A DNA stretch of 64,000 bases, taken from positions 298,471-362,470 of the forward strand of contig CAWFUH010000002.1 in the NCBI GenBank assembly GCA_963818855.1, written 5' to 3'. Below are positions 47,793 through 57,582 of the stretch, one piece after another. The translations under genes and the position numbers were made by a program. The notes beneath the pieces are model-generated. The model saw only the letters and a list, made by a program, of their open reading frames with translations, had not been told where the DNA came from and ran no database searches. The DNA comes from Bryobacterales bacterium. Its GTDB lineage: Bacteria > Acidobacteriota > Terriglobia > Bryobacterales > Bryobacteraceae. Each line of letters begins with the position of its first letter. Positions within the stretch are counted from its first letter, which is position 1.

Positions 47793-50336
47793 ATGCAACA
47801 CCCGCTGCTCCCGCCGCTGGCCGCTCTCGCGACGGGCATTTTTGTCTCCCGATTGGCCAGTTTTGGGATTACCGAGTTGCTCACCGTGATCGCGGCATTC
47901 GCAATCCTGTGCGCGATATCGCTCTGGCGACGGGCGCGCGTGTTGGCTGGCGCCTGCTGCTTGTTCGGTTTCGTATTTGCAGGCTCGCTGGTGGACCTGG
48001 CGCGCCGCCCTGCTCCCCGTCCCGAGTTGGACGCAGAAGGCCGCGAGCCAGTGATCCTGAGCGGCTGTGTGATCCGCCCGCCCGCGCTGTCGGCGGACCG
48101 CGAGCGGTTCGTGGTGGAACTGGAGCCGGGCGCGCGCGTACAGGTCACTGCCTACGCGGTGGAAGGCCAGGCGCCGCCCGTCTTGCACTACGGCCAGCTC
48201 GTGGAGTTTGAGGCGCGCGTGCGGCGCCCGCGTAATTTCGGCAATCCCGGCGCGTTCGACAATGCGCGCTATCTAGCGCGCCGCAGCATTTATTGGACCG
48301 CCTCCATGAGCACGGGCGCCGAAGTCACCGTTTTACCAGGCCAGTGCGGATCGCGCTTCGAAGCCGGCATCATGGGCCTGCGCGTTACAGCTCTCGATCG
48401 GCTGGCGCATCTCTACCGGGGCAGGCCGTACGAGAGCGGCATGATGCAGGCCGTCATGATCGGCGAGACTTACCAGGTCGAGCGCGTCTGGACCGAGCAG
48501 TTCCGCAACACCGGCACCTATCACGCGCTGGTGATCTCGGGCACGCACACCGCGGTGCTGGCGGCGTTCCTGATGGTGGTGCTGCGGCTCTGCTTCGTGC
48601 GGCGCGAGCCTGCCCTGTTCATCACCGCGGCGCTGCTGTGGCTGTATGCCTTGGTCACTGGCTTTGGATCGCCGTGTGTACGCTGCGCTGCCGGGTTCAC
48701 CATATTCGCGATCGCCACCTACTTCGCGCGCGAGCGGCGCATCTTGAATATTCTCGCGGCCGTGGCCATCGGATTCCTGCTGCTCGATCCCGAGCAGATG
48801 TTCGAGGCCAGCTTTCAGCTTACCTTCCTGGCCGTGGGCTTCATCGGTGCGTTTGCCACGCCTCTACTGGAACGAACCTCGTATCCGCGTGCCCGCGCGC
48901 TGGCCGATCTGCCGGACACCGGCCGCGACATGCACATCGCGCCCGCGGCCGCCCAGTTCCGCGTGGAGATGCGGCTGCTGGCCGAAACCCTGCGGCATTG
49001 GACCCGGCTGCCGGAGCGCGCCAGTTGCCTGGCAGTCAGTATCCCGGCGCGCGTGCTGCTGTACGCATTCCAGCTAGCGGTCGTATCGGCCATCGTGCAA
49101 GTGGGGCTGGCGCTGCCGATGGTGGCGTACTTTCATCGCATTGGATTCTCGGGCGTATCTGCCAATGTGATCGTGGTGCCGCTGATGTGCGCCGTAATTC
49201 CGGTGGGCTTTATCGCTATTTTCACCGGCTGGACATGGGTCGCCAAAGCGGCCGGATGGCTGCTGGCAGCATCGCACGTCGCGGTCGATTGGCATATGCA
49301 CCTGGAACCCAACTGGCGTATTCCGGACCCGCCGCTATGGCTGGGTATCGCGATCTGTGCAGCGTTCCTGGTCGTGGCGCTGGCGAAACGCGCCGGCCGG
49401 GCCGCGTTCACTGTGGCCGCGGGTTCCCTGGCGGTACTGCTGGCACTGCTGATTTGGCATCCCTTCCCGCCCGAAATCAAGCCCCGCGAACTGGAGATGA
49501 CCGTCGTCGATGTGGGACAAGGCGACAGCATCCTGCTCACGTTCCCGGATGGCAGGCTGATGATGGTGGATGGCGGTGGCATTCCTACCTTTGGCCGGCA
49601 CGCGCCCGCCCAGATGAACATCGGCGAGGACGTGGTATCGCCCTACTTGTGGAACCGGTCCATCAAACGCATCGACGTGATGGCGTGTACGCACGCGCAT
49701 GCGGACCATATCGGCGGCTTGCCGGCGCTGCTCGAAAATTTTCACGCCCGGGAATTGTGGACTGGAGCGAACTCGGAGAACCCTGCGTGGTGCGCCTTGC
49801 GGGACCAGGCGCAGCGCGATGGCGTACGAATTGTGCCGCTCTATCGCGGCCAGTCGTTCAACTACGGCGGCGCCCGGCTGGAAGTGCTGGCTCCCTCCCG
49901 GGACTACGAACCGAAAGACGCGCCGCACAACAACGATTCACTGGCATTCCGCGTCAGCTTCGGACGGCATTCATTCCTGCTGAGCGGAGATATCGAGCGG
50001 CAGATCGAAGCCGAGTTGGTCGCCGAGGGTTTGATCGCCCACACGGACGTGGTCAAGGTGCCGCATCACGGCAGCCACACATCCAGTACCGCCGCGTTTC
50101 TGGATCTGCTGCACCCGGCGTTCGCGGTCATCTCCGCGGGTTTTGAAAACTCCTACGGGCACCCGCACGCCGACGTACTGGAGCGTTACGAAGAGCGGCA
50201 GGCATGTGTGCTGCGTACCGACCTGGATGGTTACGTCACGGTGCGCACCGACGGCCGGCGGCTACACATGGATATGGGCCGCTGGTCGGGCGATTTGGGC
50301 AGCGCCGATGGCGCACTTCTTCCGCGCGAGTTCTGA
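47793..50336 (+). CDS. comEC: DNA internalization competence protein ComEC/Rec2
   Basis: OB-like N-domain and a multi-TM competence domain. C-terminal metallo-beta-lactamase domain (VVDVGQGDSILL...MVDGGG, CTHAHADHIGG, KVPHHGS). Confidence 0.9.
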   Translation: MQHPLLPPLAALATGIFVSRLASFGITELLTVIAAFAILCAISLWRRARVLAGACCLFGFVFAGSLVDLARRPAPRPELDAEGREPVILSGCVIRPPALSADRERFVVELEPGARVQVTAYAVEGQAPPVLHYGQLVEFEARVRRPRNFGNPGAFDNARYLARRSIYWTASMSTGAEVTVLPGQCGSRFEAGIMGLRVTALDRLAHLYRGRPYESGMMQAVMIGETYQVERVWTEQFRNTGTYHALVISGTHTAVLAAFLMVVLRLCFVRREPALFITAALLWLYALVTGFGSPCVRCAAGFTIFAIATYFARERRILNILAAVAIGFLLLDPEQMFEASFQLTFLAVGFIGAFATPLLERTSYPRARALADLPDTGRDMHIAPAAAQFRVEMRLLAETLRHWTRLPERASCLAVSIPARVLLYAFQLAVVSAIVQVGLALPMVAYFHRIGFSGVSANVIVVPLMCAVIPVGFIAIFTGWTWVAKAAGWLLAASHVAVDWHMHLEPNWRIPDPPLWLGIAICAAFLVVALAKRAGRAAFTVAAGSLAVLLALLIWHPFPPEIKPRELEMTVVDVGQGDSILLTFPDGRLMMVDGGGIPTFGRHAPAQMNIGEDVVSPYLWNRSIKRIDVMACTHAHADHIGGLPALLENFHARELWTGANSENPAWCALRDQAQRDGVRIVPLYRGQSFNYGGARLEVLAPSRDYEPKDAPHNNDSLAFRVSFGRHSFLLSGDIERQIEAELVAEGLIAHTDVVKVPHHGSHTSSTAAFLDLLHPAFAVISAGFENSYGHPHADVLERYEERQACVLRTDLDGYVTVRTDGRRLHMDMGRWSGDLGSADGALLPREF

Positions 50337-50360
50337 GCGGCGCCCAGGTTGACTCCGGGC

Positions 50361-51458
50361 TTAATCCGATTCCGGCTCCGTCTCTTCCACCAACTGCGAT
50401 ACGTGAATCTTATAGATTGCCGGCTTGCCATCCCGGTCGCTCGAAAAAAAGATCTGCTGGCTGTCGGCCGAAAAGATCGGCGCCACCATCGCCGGATTGC
50501 TGGCGTGGTGCTCGCACAGCGTAAGCTCACGGCGCGTCAGACGCAGCAGAATCAGGATGTAGGGCGCGCCGCGGTTCTGGCTGGCGCCCACGAAGACCGA
50601 GGTATTCGTATTGCATCCGAAGTGGGCAAACTGGCTCGTGCGCGCCACCAGCTTGTCGGTATTCTGGTCCGGGGAACATTCGCGGACAGTGTGCAGCTGC
50701 GCTCGATCCTCCGGGTAGCTCAGATACAATACGGTGTGCCCATCCGGCGACCAGCGCGCCGGGCCGATGCGCCCATCCCCCAGCGGCAGCTTGCGGTTTT
50801 GCGTGCCATCCGAGTTGACCAGCCACAGCGCATCGTCCGCCTGCCGGTACAGGATCTGCGCACGCTTGGGACGCGCCTGCGGGTGAGACAGAACGAACTG
50901 AGTTTCCGTAACCGTGCGCGCGCCTCCTTTTTGCAGGCCGATAACCCTCAGACGCGATGCGCCATCCCGGCTTTCGCCCATCAGTGCCGTGCCGTCATCC
51001 GCTACGCTCGATCCGGGACAACGCTCCCAGCCCTCGGCCACCTCATAGATCCGCCGCGTGCGCAGATTGCCCATCGTCATCTGATGCAGCGCTGGACCAT
51101 CGAAGTAGCAGAGGCTGTGTTCGTCCGGCAGCATCGCGATCGAGGATGCGTCCAGCCGTGCGGCATCGGTCAATTGGTGCGATTCGCCGCTATGCAGGTC
51201 CATGCGGCAGGCTTGCGGCGCGCCGGCGGCGTCATTCGCGTATATCAGGAATCCACCATGCCGTGCGATGGTCCGGTTGTAATAAGCCGGAAGCCATGAG
51301 GAGTGCGCGGGATCGGTGAGCCGCAGCACTTCAAATTCGGTCGTGGGGTCGGAGTAGCGATGCCAGGAAGGCGGCAGCAGCGTGCCCTTCTGCTCGGCAA
51401 ACGCCAGGGGGGCCAGGCTGGAAGCCAGAAAAGCGCGTCGCGTCGGCACAGCCCCCAT
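50361..51458 (-). CDS. PD40/TolB-like beta-propeller protein (oligogalacturonate-lyase-like)
   Basis: Tat-like signal RRAFLASS. YSDPTTEFEVLRLTDP...YYN...DLHSGESHQLTD and SPDGHTVLY. Confidence 0.6.
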   Translation of the reverse strand: MGAVPTRRAFLASSLAPLAFAEQKGTLLPPSWHRYSDPTTEFEVLRLTDPAHSSWLPAYYNRTIARHGGFLIYANDAAGAPQACRMDLHSGESHQLTDAARLDASSIAMLPDEHSLCYFDGPALHQMTMGNLRTRRIYEVAEGWERCPGSSVADDGTALMGESRDGASRLRVIGLQKGGARTVTETQFVLSHPQARPKRAQILYRQADDALWLVNSDGTQNRKLPLGDGRIGPARWSPDGHTVLYLSYPEDRAQLHTVRECSPDQNTDKLVARTSQFAHFGCNTNTSVFVGASQNRGAPYILILLRLTRRELTLCEHHASNPAMVAPIFSADSQQIFFSSDRDGKPAIYKIHVSQLVEETEPESD

Positions 51459-51488
51459 AAGAAAATCGTAGCAGAGGCGGCCGCCTGT

Positions 51489-52517
51489 TTATTGATGGCT
51501 GGTTTGGTAGTGTAGCTTCAGCAGATCCTCGCCAAAGTCCCCGTTGAAGTCCCGCCACACCGAATGGATATGGTTCGCGTTATTCTGCGTGTCGTCGTAC
51601 TCGATCAGGAACGACGCCGTCTGCACTCGATAGTAATGCGGGTCGCCCTTCTCGGTACCGCCGGCCCAAGCGAAGTAGATGTCTTTGCCCGCCTTCCGGA
51701 TTTGCTCTTCGCGGGCTTCCGCGATCTGGTCCGGCATGTTGCGCGCATATTCTTCGAGCAACGCCATCAGCAGGTCGAACTGCTTGGCGTTCATCTGCGA
51801 AGCCATCAATCCGGATGGCTGGCCCTTCAGCGCAGCTTTGCGGCTGTCGAACGTTATGATGTCTTTGTACGCGTTCGGATCGACAATCGCGATCTTGCGC
51901 TGCCCGGCATCCAGCGACTGAATGACGGCCCGGCCAAGATCCTCCTCGGCGCCTAACGCGCGCAGTCCCTTGCGCGGGCCCTCTCGTACCTCCGCCGGAT
52001 TGGCGCCGAAGAAACTGGGCGCGCCCGCTACATGGCCGCCGGCTACCGTGTAGTTCTGGCTCAGATGATGGCCCTCGACACGATATCCCCAGGTTCCGTC
52101 TGCGGACGGTGTGCCGAATATGGATACGTAGTATTTCTCGGGATCGCGTTCCGGACCCGTGCCATGCTCCATTACGCGCAGCACGTCTTCCAGACTCATG
52201 ATGGTTTCGGCCTTGAAGTAGCCTTGCTGGCTGAGTCCGGCGGAGAGTAGAGCCGTGGCCAAATGCTTCTGTGCAGACGTCATTTCGCGCAACGCCAGTC
52301 CCTTGCGCTCGATGGGCACAAAATGCCAGTTCTGGCGTTCATCCACGGTGAATTCGAAGGTAGCCTTGGCGCGTTGTTCGGGCGTGAGAGAAGCCAGAAA
52401 GCGATTGGCCGCTTCGGCCATCAAAGACGAGGAGTTCAATCGGTGGTAAGCCGAAGTCAGCAACATGACGCTAAGAGCCGCTGCACCGAGGCGAAAACAG
52501 AGAGACTTCATGGGCAC
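51489..52517 (-). CDS. DUF3500 domain protein
   Basis: Signal peptide. ERQNWHFVPIERKGL, YYVSIFGTPS, WGYRVEGHHLSQNY and HIHSVWRD. Confidence 0.75.
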   Translation of the reverse strand: MPMKSLCFRLGAAALSVMLLTSAYHRLNSSSLMAEAANRFLASLTPEQRAKATFEFTVDERQNWHFVPIERKGLALREMTSAQKHLATALLSAGLSQQGYFKAETIMSLEDVLRVMEHGTGPERDPEKYYVSIFGTPSADGTWGYRVEGHHLSQNYTVAGGHVAGAPSFFGANPAEVREGPRKGLRALGAEEDLGRAVIQSLDAGQRKIAIVDPNAYKDIITFDSRKAALKGQPSGLMASQMNAKQFDLLMALLEEYARNMPDQIAEAREEQIRKAGKDIYFAWAGGTEKGDPHYYRVQTASFLIEYDDTQNNANHIHSVWRDFNGDFGEDLLKLHYQTSHQ

Positions 52518-52539
52518 CTCCGCGGCAGCCGTGCCGCCA

Positions 52540-53418
52540 TCAGAAGGGAAAATCCTTTTTGACCATCTGCACCACTCCGGCCCGCGCCAGATACGTGTGG
52601 GGATTCACCGGAGCGCCGCCGATACGAACTTCGTAATGCAGATGCGGGGCCGTCACGCGGCCAGTGCTGCCCACCGCGCCCACCTGATCGCCGCGCCGCA
52701 CTTCCTGACCTTCCACCACGCTGAAGCGGGATAGGTGCGCGTAGTAAGTTTCATAGCCGCCGCCATGATTCACAATTACCAGTTGGCCGTAGCCGCTGTA
52801 CCAGGCCGCGAAGGATACGATACCGTCGGCTGTGGCGCGCACGGGTGTGCCGGTAGGCGCCGAAATGTCCACGCCCGTATGCATGGCGCCTTCACCGGAG
52901 AACGGATCGGTGCGCTCGCCGAAGCCGCCCATCAGGCGGCCTTCCACCGGCCAGATGCTGGGCTGCACGTTGGTATGGAAGCGGCGCACGAAGCTGTTTT
53001 CAGAGCCGTGGTAGCTGCGCAATACGCGGTAGGCCGCCACCGAGTCGGAGAACGTGGGGAGCAAACGGCCTTCTTCCGCAATGCCGGCAGGGCCTTCCAA
53101 TTTCTGCTTGATGCCGTAAGCGATCGAAACTTCGTTGGCGAACATCTCCAGGCTGGCCATCTGCTGGTTGGTCTGGTTGGTCACCTTCTGTAGCTTTTGG
53201 TAGCGCGCGCGCAGCGCATCCACCTCACTGCGCAGTGCGTTGTAGTTGGCCACTTTCCAGGCCATTCGCGCATAACTCGAGATGAAGCCGAATATCGAAA
53301 AACAGCCCAGAAGCGCCAGGGCCATCACCGCGTAGACCACGGTTAACGGAACGCGGATGCGGCGCAGCTTGCCGCGGAGGGAATGGGCCAACACCAAAAT
53401 AAAATAATTCTGCTGCAT
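52540..53418 (-). CDS. M23 family metallopeptidase
   Basis: HTGVDISAPTGTPV...YYAHLS...GSTGRVTAPHLHYEV. N-terminal TM helix and coiled coil. The ORF extends to a TTG at 53445. Confidence 0.9.
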   Translation of the reverse strand: MQQNYFILVLAHSLRGKLRRIRVPLTVVYAVMALALLGCFSIFGFISSYARMAWKVANYNALRSEVDALRARYQKLQKVTNQTNQQMASLEMFANEVSIAYGIKQKLEGPAGIAEEGRLLPTFSDSVAAYRVLRSYHGSENSFVRRFHTNVQPSIWPVEGRLMGGFGERTDPFSGEGAMHTGVDISAPTGTPVRATADGIVSFAAWYSGYGQLVIVNHGGGYETYYAHLSRFSVVEGQEVRRGDQVGAVGSTGRVTAPHLHYEVRIGGAPVNPHTYLARAGVVQMVKKDFPF

Positions 53419-53576
53419 AGTCTTCTCAGCCGAACCTGGTCTCAAACAGCTTTTGCCGGGTCCGGAGGGCTATTGCGATTGGCGAATTAGTGACTGTAAC
53501 AGGACCTACGCATCCGTGTCAAGCGCATGTTTTGCTTGCAAGTTATTGAAAAAATTGGTAGTGTTGCGGTTGAGCC

Positions 53577-54389
53577 ATGTCTTTTCGGTTTCCGGGTGCT
53601 CGTTTTCTCCGAAATCTGGTAGAGAGGCGCAGCCTGCTGTTCCAACTCGTGCGGCGCGATTTCGAGCAACGCTTCGTGGGATCGGCAGTCGGCTGGATAT
53701 GGGGCATCATCCATCCCCTGGTGCTGCTGGCGAGTTGGACCTTCGTGTTCAGCATCTGTCTGCATCAGAAAATGCCGGCCGGCGAAGTGACTGGAAACTA
53801 CCCGCTGTTTCTCTTCGCGGGTATGCTGCCGTGGCTGTTGTTCAGTGAAACGGTGCAGCGCTCGACATCGAGTCTGCTGGATCAGGCCAACCTGATCACA
53901 AAGACCGTGTTCCCGGCCGAGATCGTGCCGGTTTCGATTTTCCTCTCCTCCCTTGTGAGCCACCTGATTGCGCTCGGACTGGCAGTGGCCGCGGTGGGCA
54001 TCTGGCTGAATCACATCGGCCCCGGCCTGATGTTACTGCCGCTGTACATGCTGCTGCTGGGCATGTTCGCCGTGGGTCTCGGCTGGATCCTGGCGAGCCT
54101 GCAAGTGTACCTGCGGGATACGGCTCAAGTGTTGACTGTGATCCTGACGTTCTGGTTCTGGCTGACACCCATTTTTATCACCGAACAGCAGTTTCCGTCG
54201 CGATTGCGCTTTCTGCTGGCGGGCAATCCGCTCGCGTACCTGGTGCGGGCGTATCGCGAGTTGCTGCTATCGGCGCGATGGCCGGGGCCGGACGAAATAG
54301 GAATCATGGCGGTGTTCGCGATGGCGATGTTCCTGGTGGGCGGGCTGTTCTTCCGGCATATGAAGCGCGGTTTCGCGGACGTACTGTAG
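53577..54389 (+). CDS. ABC-2 type polysaccharide/O-antigen export permease (Wzm/TagG/KpsM-like), no adjacent ATPase
   Basis: LLFQLVRRDFEQRFVGSAVGWIWGIIHPLV and six TM helices. Confidence 0.8.
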   Translation: MSFRFPGARFLRNLVERRSLLFQLVRRDFEQRFVGSAVGWIWGIIHPLVLLASWTFVFSICLHQKMPAGEVTGNYPLFLFAGMLPWLLFSETVQRSTSSLLDQANLITKTVFPAEIVPVSIFLSSLVSHLIALGLAVAAVGIWLNHIGPGLMLLPLYMLLLGMFAVGLGWILASLQVYLRDTAQVLTVILTFWFWLTPIFITEQQFPSRLRFLLAGNPLAYLVRAYRELLLSARWPGPDEIGIMAVFAMAMFLVGGLFFRHMKRGFADVL

Positions 54390-54410
54390 GGCCGTTTGTA
54401 GGGCCGTATC

Positions 54411-56033
54411 TTAATCGGCCATCAAGGGGCCTTCTCCGCGCGATAGCTCCGCCAGTATGGTTTCGCGTCGGCTGTGCGCGGCCGCCACTGCCGATTCGAG
54501 CGCCATCCAATAAATCGCCACGCCCAGCGCGGCGGCCAAAGCCAGCGTCACATAGAAAACGGTTTGGCTATCCAGCGCGTAGCGCGCCAGGAAGGCTAGA
54601 AAGACAGGCAGCATCGCGACAGGATAGAGAAGGAACAGCAGTCCTTGCGTGCGACCGGCGCCGCCGCCTCCGGAAACGCGCTCCCCTTTCATGGCGCGCG
54701 GATAGTTGACCGAGCTCAAATTACCGACGCTCAGCAGATACAACGCGGCGATAGCCGTAACCAGAAATGCCTCTACAATCTGTCCAGGCGACACCCCCAG
54801 GCGCAGCAGCGAACAGGCGGCGGCCACCGCGGCGACTTCCAGGAAGATGAAGATGGCCGCGGCGATATTTTTGCCGGCCAGTACGCGGGAGATAGCGACC
54901 GGCGCGGCATAGTAGAGTTGCGCCGCGGAACGGTCGAATCCGAACGCATTGCCGTAAGTGACTTGGGCCAGCAGAAACAGGGCGTACAGGCTGACCACCG
55001 TCAGGAAATTGCCCGATACGCCGGACTGCACCATCCGGCCGTTCAGCATCGCAGGAAGCCAAACTACGAGGCCGAAGGAGAAGCCCATCACGAAGACGAG
55101 CCGGAAGCGCGGCGTGCGGACCAGCGAATGCAGCTCCTTTTCGACAATGGCGGCCAGCGGATCGGGCAGGAGCAGCCCGGGCAGCCGGTACAGCCGCGCG
55201 GTGAAAGCACGGTCCCTGGCGGAAGCCACCGTCGCCTGTGCCTCCTGGAAGTCATATCGCAAGCTGCGCGCGAACTGCCAGCGGCCGAACAAGTACGCCG
55301 CGCTTGTCCAACTCAACAGAATGGCGATGGTGGCGTAGAGATCTCCAGCCGATGGCGCGAGCATGAAATGCGCCGCGGCGCCCCAGGGCCAGATCGTGTT
55401 TGCAGCCGCGGGCAAAACTGGCCCGAATCGCCGCCCGGTGACGCCCGTCACCATCAGCAAGCGCGGCAGCACTCCGATGGTCATCAGCAGCAGCGCCAGC
55501 ACTTCACGGATGCCCTTGCGGCTCAAGAGCCGGTCCAGCAAGTTACGCAATCCGGCCGCCAGCATCAGGTTGAATGCCGCGAAGAGAATGACGGCCAGGG
55601 GAATGCGCACGATCGGGATCGATCCGCCGAATGCCGGATTCCGCAGCAGTCCGATGGCGGTGCCCGCCAACAGCAGCAGCAGTTCCGCGCAGGTGGTGAT
55701 GCGCAGCAGCACTTCGGCCAGGAACAGCGATCGCCGCGGCACGGGGTAGATCAGCAACTTGCGCAGGTCGAGCGAGGCTCCCATGGTGGCCGACGCCAGC
55801 GGCGCCAGTTGCCAGTACGCGAAGACGGCCAGCAGGCCGGCAGGCAAAAAGCTCACAATCTGCTTGCGCAGTTCGGGCGTGGCCGTGAGTTCCTCGGCTA
55901 CCGCGGCGAGAAGCGTCCAGAAGCCGTACCACAGGACTCCCACGATTATGGAAAACGCGGCGCCGCGGCGGCCGGATGCCCGCCGGAACAGGCGCATGCT
56001 GAGCCACTGCACGCGCAGGATGGCCCGCATCAT
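54411..56033 (-). CDS. Large multi-TM permease of a putative ABC exporter
   Basis: 540 aa starting MMRAILRVQWLSMRLF, about 12 TM helices. Its start overlaps the stop of the ATPase gene (AAATGATG). The listed 810-aa ORF is this gene plus an out-of-frame read-through of the ATPase gene. Confidence 0.7.
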   Translation of the reverse strand: MMRAILRVQWLSMRLFRRASGRRGAAFSIIVGVLWYGFWTLLAAVAEELTATPELRKQIVSFLPAGLLAVFAYWQLAPLASATMGASLDLRKLLIYPVPRRSLFLAEVLLRITTCAELLLLLAGTAIGLLRNPAFGGSIPIVRIPLAVILFAAFNLMLAAGLRNLLDRLLSRKGIREVLALLLMTIGVLPRLLMVTGVTGRRFGPVLPAAANTIWPWGAAAHFMLAPSAGDLYATIAILLSWTSAAYLFGRWQFARSLRYDFQEAQATVASARDRAFTARLYRLPGLLLPDPLAAIVEKELHSLVRTPRFRLVFVMGFSFGLVVWLPAMLNGRMVQSGVSGNFLTVVSLYALFLLAQVTYGNAFGFDRSAAQLYYAAPVAISRVLAGKNIAAAIFIFLEVAAVAAACSLLRLGVSPGQIVEAFLVTAIAALYLLSVGNLSSVNYPRAMKGERVSGGGGAGRTQGLLFLLYPVAMLPVFLAFLARYALDSQTVFYVTLALAAALGVAIYWMALESAVAAAHSRRETILAELSRGEGPLMAD

Positions 56034-56788
56034 TTGAGCCACTCCAGTTCGTGGAACTCGTGCCCTGCGCCCACCACGCGCACAAAAACATCTTCCAGCG
56101 ATTCTGTTCCAGCGCGCAATTCGTCCATGGCGCCCTCGCGCACGATCTTGCCCTTGTCGATGATGGCCACGCGGTCGCACAGCCGTTCGACCACTTCCAG
56201 CACGTGCGAGGTTAGGAAGATGGTGGCCCCGCGGCGCACCTGGTCGAGCAGAATGTCCTTCATCAGGCGGGCGCCCACCGCATCGACGCCCTCGAAGGGT
56301 TCGTCCATCAGGAACAGATCCGGATGATGGATCAGCGAAGCGGCCATGGCCAGGCGCTTGCGCATGCCCTTGGAATACTCGGCGATCAGTTTGCGCTTCT
56401 CGCGCAGTTCGAACAAGTCCAACAGCGACTGGGCGCGCTCGATGGCCATCGGCCGTGCCAGCCCATACATGCGGCCCACGAACTCCAGGAACTCGGCGCC
56501 CGTCAGCCGGTCGAACAACAGGGACTCGTCGGGCACCAGTCCGATGCGCCGCTTGATCGCCAGTTCGTCCTCCGCAAGTGCCATGCCGAGCAGTTCGATG
56601 GAGCCGGAAGTAGGCGGGATCAGGCCCGTCAGCATGCGAATGGTGGTGGATTTGCCCGCGCCGTTGGGACCCAGAAATCCGAAAAAACATCCGCGCGGCA
56701 CCACCAGGTCGACACCGTCTACCGCGGCCTTGTCTCCGTAAACCTTGCGGAGGTTGTGAACGGCGATGGCCGGGCCGGAGTCCGTCAT
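56030..56788 (-). CDS. ABC transporter ATP-binding protein
   Basis: Walker A GPNGAGKST, signature motif SKGMRKRL, Walker B LFLMDEP. Confidence 0.9.
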   Translation of the reverse strand: MTDSGPAIAVHNLRKVYGDKAAVDGVDLVVPRGCFFGFLGPNGAGKSTTIRMLTGLIPPTSGSIELLGMALAEDELAIKRRIGLVPDESLLFDRLTGAEFLEFVGRMYGLARPMAIERAQSLLDLFELREKRKLIAEYSKGMRKRLAMAASLIHHPDLFLMDEPFEGVDAVGARLMKDILLDQVRRGATIFLTSHVLEVVERLCDRVAIIDKGKIVREGAMDELRAGTESLEDVFVRVVGAGHEFHELEWLK

Positions 56789-56800
56789 GCAACCACGCCC

Positions 56801-57517
56801 CTAACCGAAGAACTTCACCGCCATGCGCTGCCACCACTGCCAATCGTGGCCCGTCCCGTCGCCCCAGACGTCCAGCCAGTGCGGAATCTGCTTGCCGCTC
56901 ATTATGCCGGCCAGACGCAGATTCTCACTCAAGCAGATATCGGTTTCGCCGGTGGCCAACACCATGCTCATGCCGGTCCGGTACTCGTTCAAATAGCGCT
57001 CATCGGTGAGATTCGGCAGAAAATCCGGCGGGCAGTTGAAATAGCAGTTCTCGTCATAATATCCGTTAAGGAATTGATGTATGTCGAACGCGCCGCCCAT
57101 ACTGACGCAGGGACCCACCAGGTCAGGATGGCGTAGAGCGAAATTGACGCAATGATAACCGCCGAAACTGCATCCGGTGACCGCCACGCGCGCTTGGGGA
57201 TTGCGGGCCTGGATAAACGGCAACGCTTCGTAGATTACGTAGCTCTCGTACTGCAGGTGCCGCAGCACGCGTTCGCGCGGCGGAATGCCGCGGTTATACC
57301 AGCTTTCCGCGTCCACGCTATCGAGGCAGAAAGCTTGCAGGCGGCCGGCGTCGTACTGGTAGCCGATGGCCCCGATCATACCCCGGTCTTCATAATCGTA
57401 AAAGCGACCCATGGAGGTGGGGAAAACGATGACAGGCATGCCCGCGTGCCCGAACACCAGTAGCTGCATGTCTCTTTGCAAATGAGGGCTGTACCACTTA
57501 TGATATTCGCGGTTCAC
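56801..57517 (-). CDS. Esterase family (alpha/beta hydrolase, putative esterase PF00756-like) protein
   Basis: REYHKWYSPHLQRDMQLLVFGHAGMPVIVFPTSMGRFYDYED and the nucleophile elbow GCSFGG. GTG at 57517 is preferred; the ORF extends to 57616 and would overlap ptrB. Confidence 0.7.
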   Translation of the reverse strand: MNREYHKWYSPHLQRDMQLLVFGHAGMPVIVFPTSMGRFYDYEDRGMIGAIGYQYDAGRLQAFCLDSVDAESWYNRGIPPRERVLRHLQYESYVIYEALPFIQARNPQARVAVTGCSFGGYHCVNFALRHPDLVGPCVSMGGAFDIHQFLNGYYDENCYFNCPPDFLPNLTDERYLNEYRTGMSMVLATGETDICLSENLRLAGIMSGKQIPHWLDVWGDGTGHDWQWWQRMAVKFFG

Positions 57518-57582
57518 TCGGAACAGTATAGCGTGGGGCAGGCGTCCACGCCTGCGCGGGATGTTCACGTCCCGCCCCCGAG

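Noticed and set aside
56034-56843. N-terminal 270 residues of the 810-aa ORF 54411..56843
   Set aside because: This part overlaps the well-supported ABC ATPase gene in another frame and is Arg/Gly-rich junk. The real permease starts at MMRAIL (56033), coupled to the ATPase stop.
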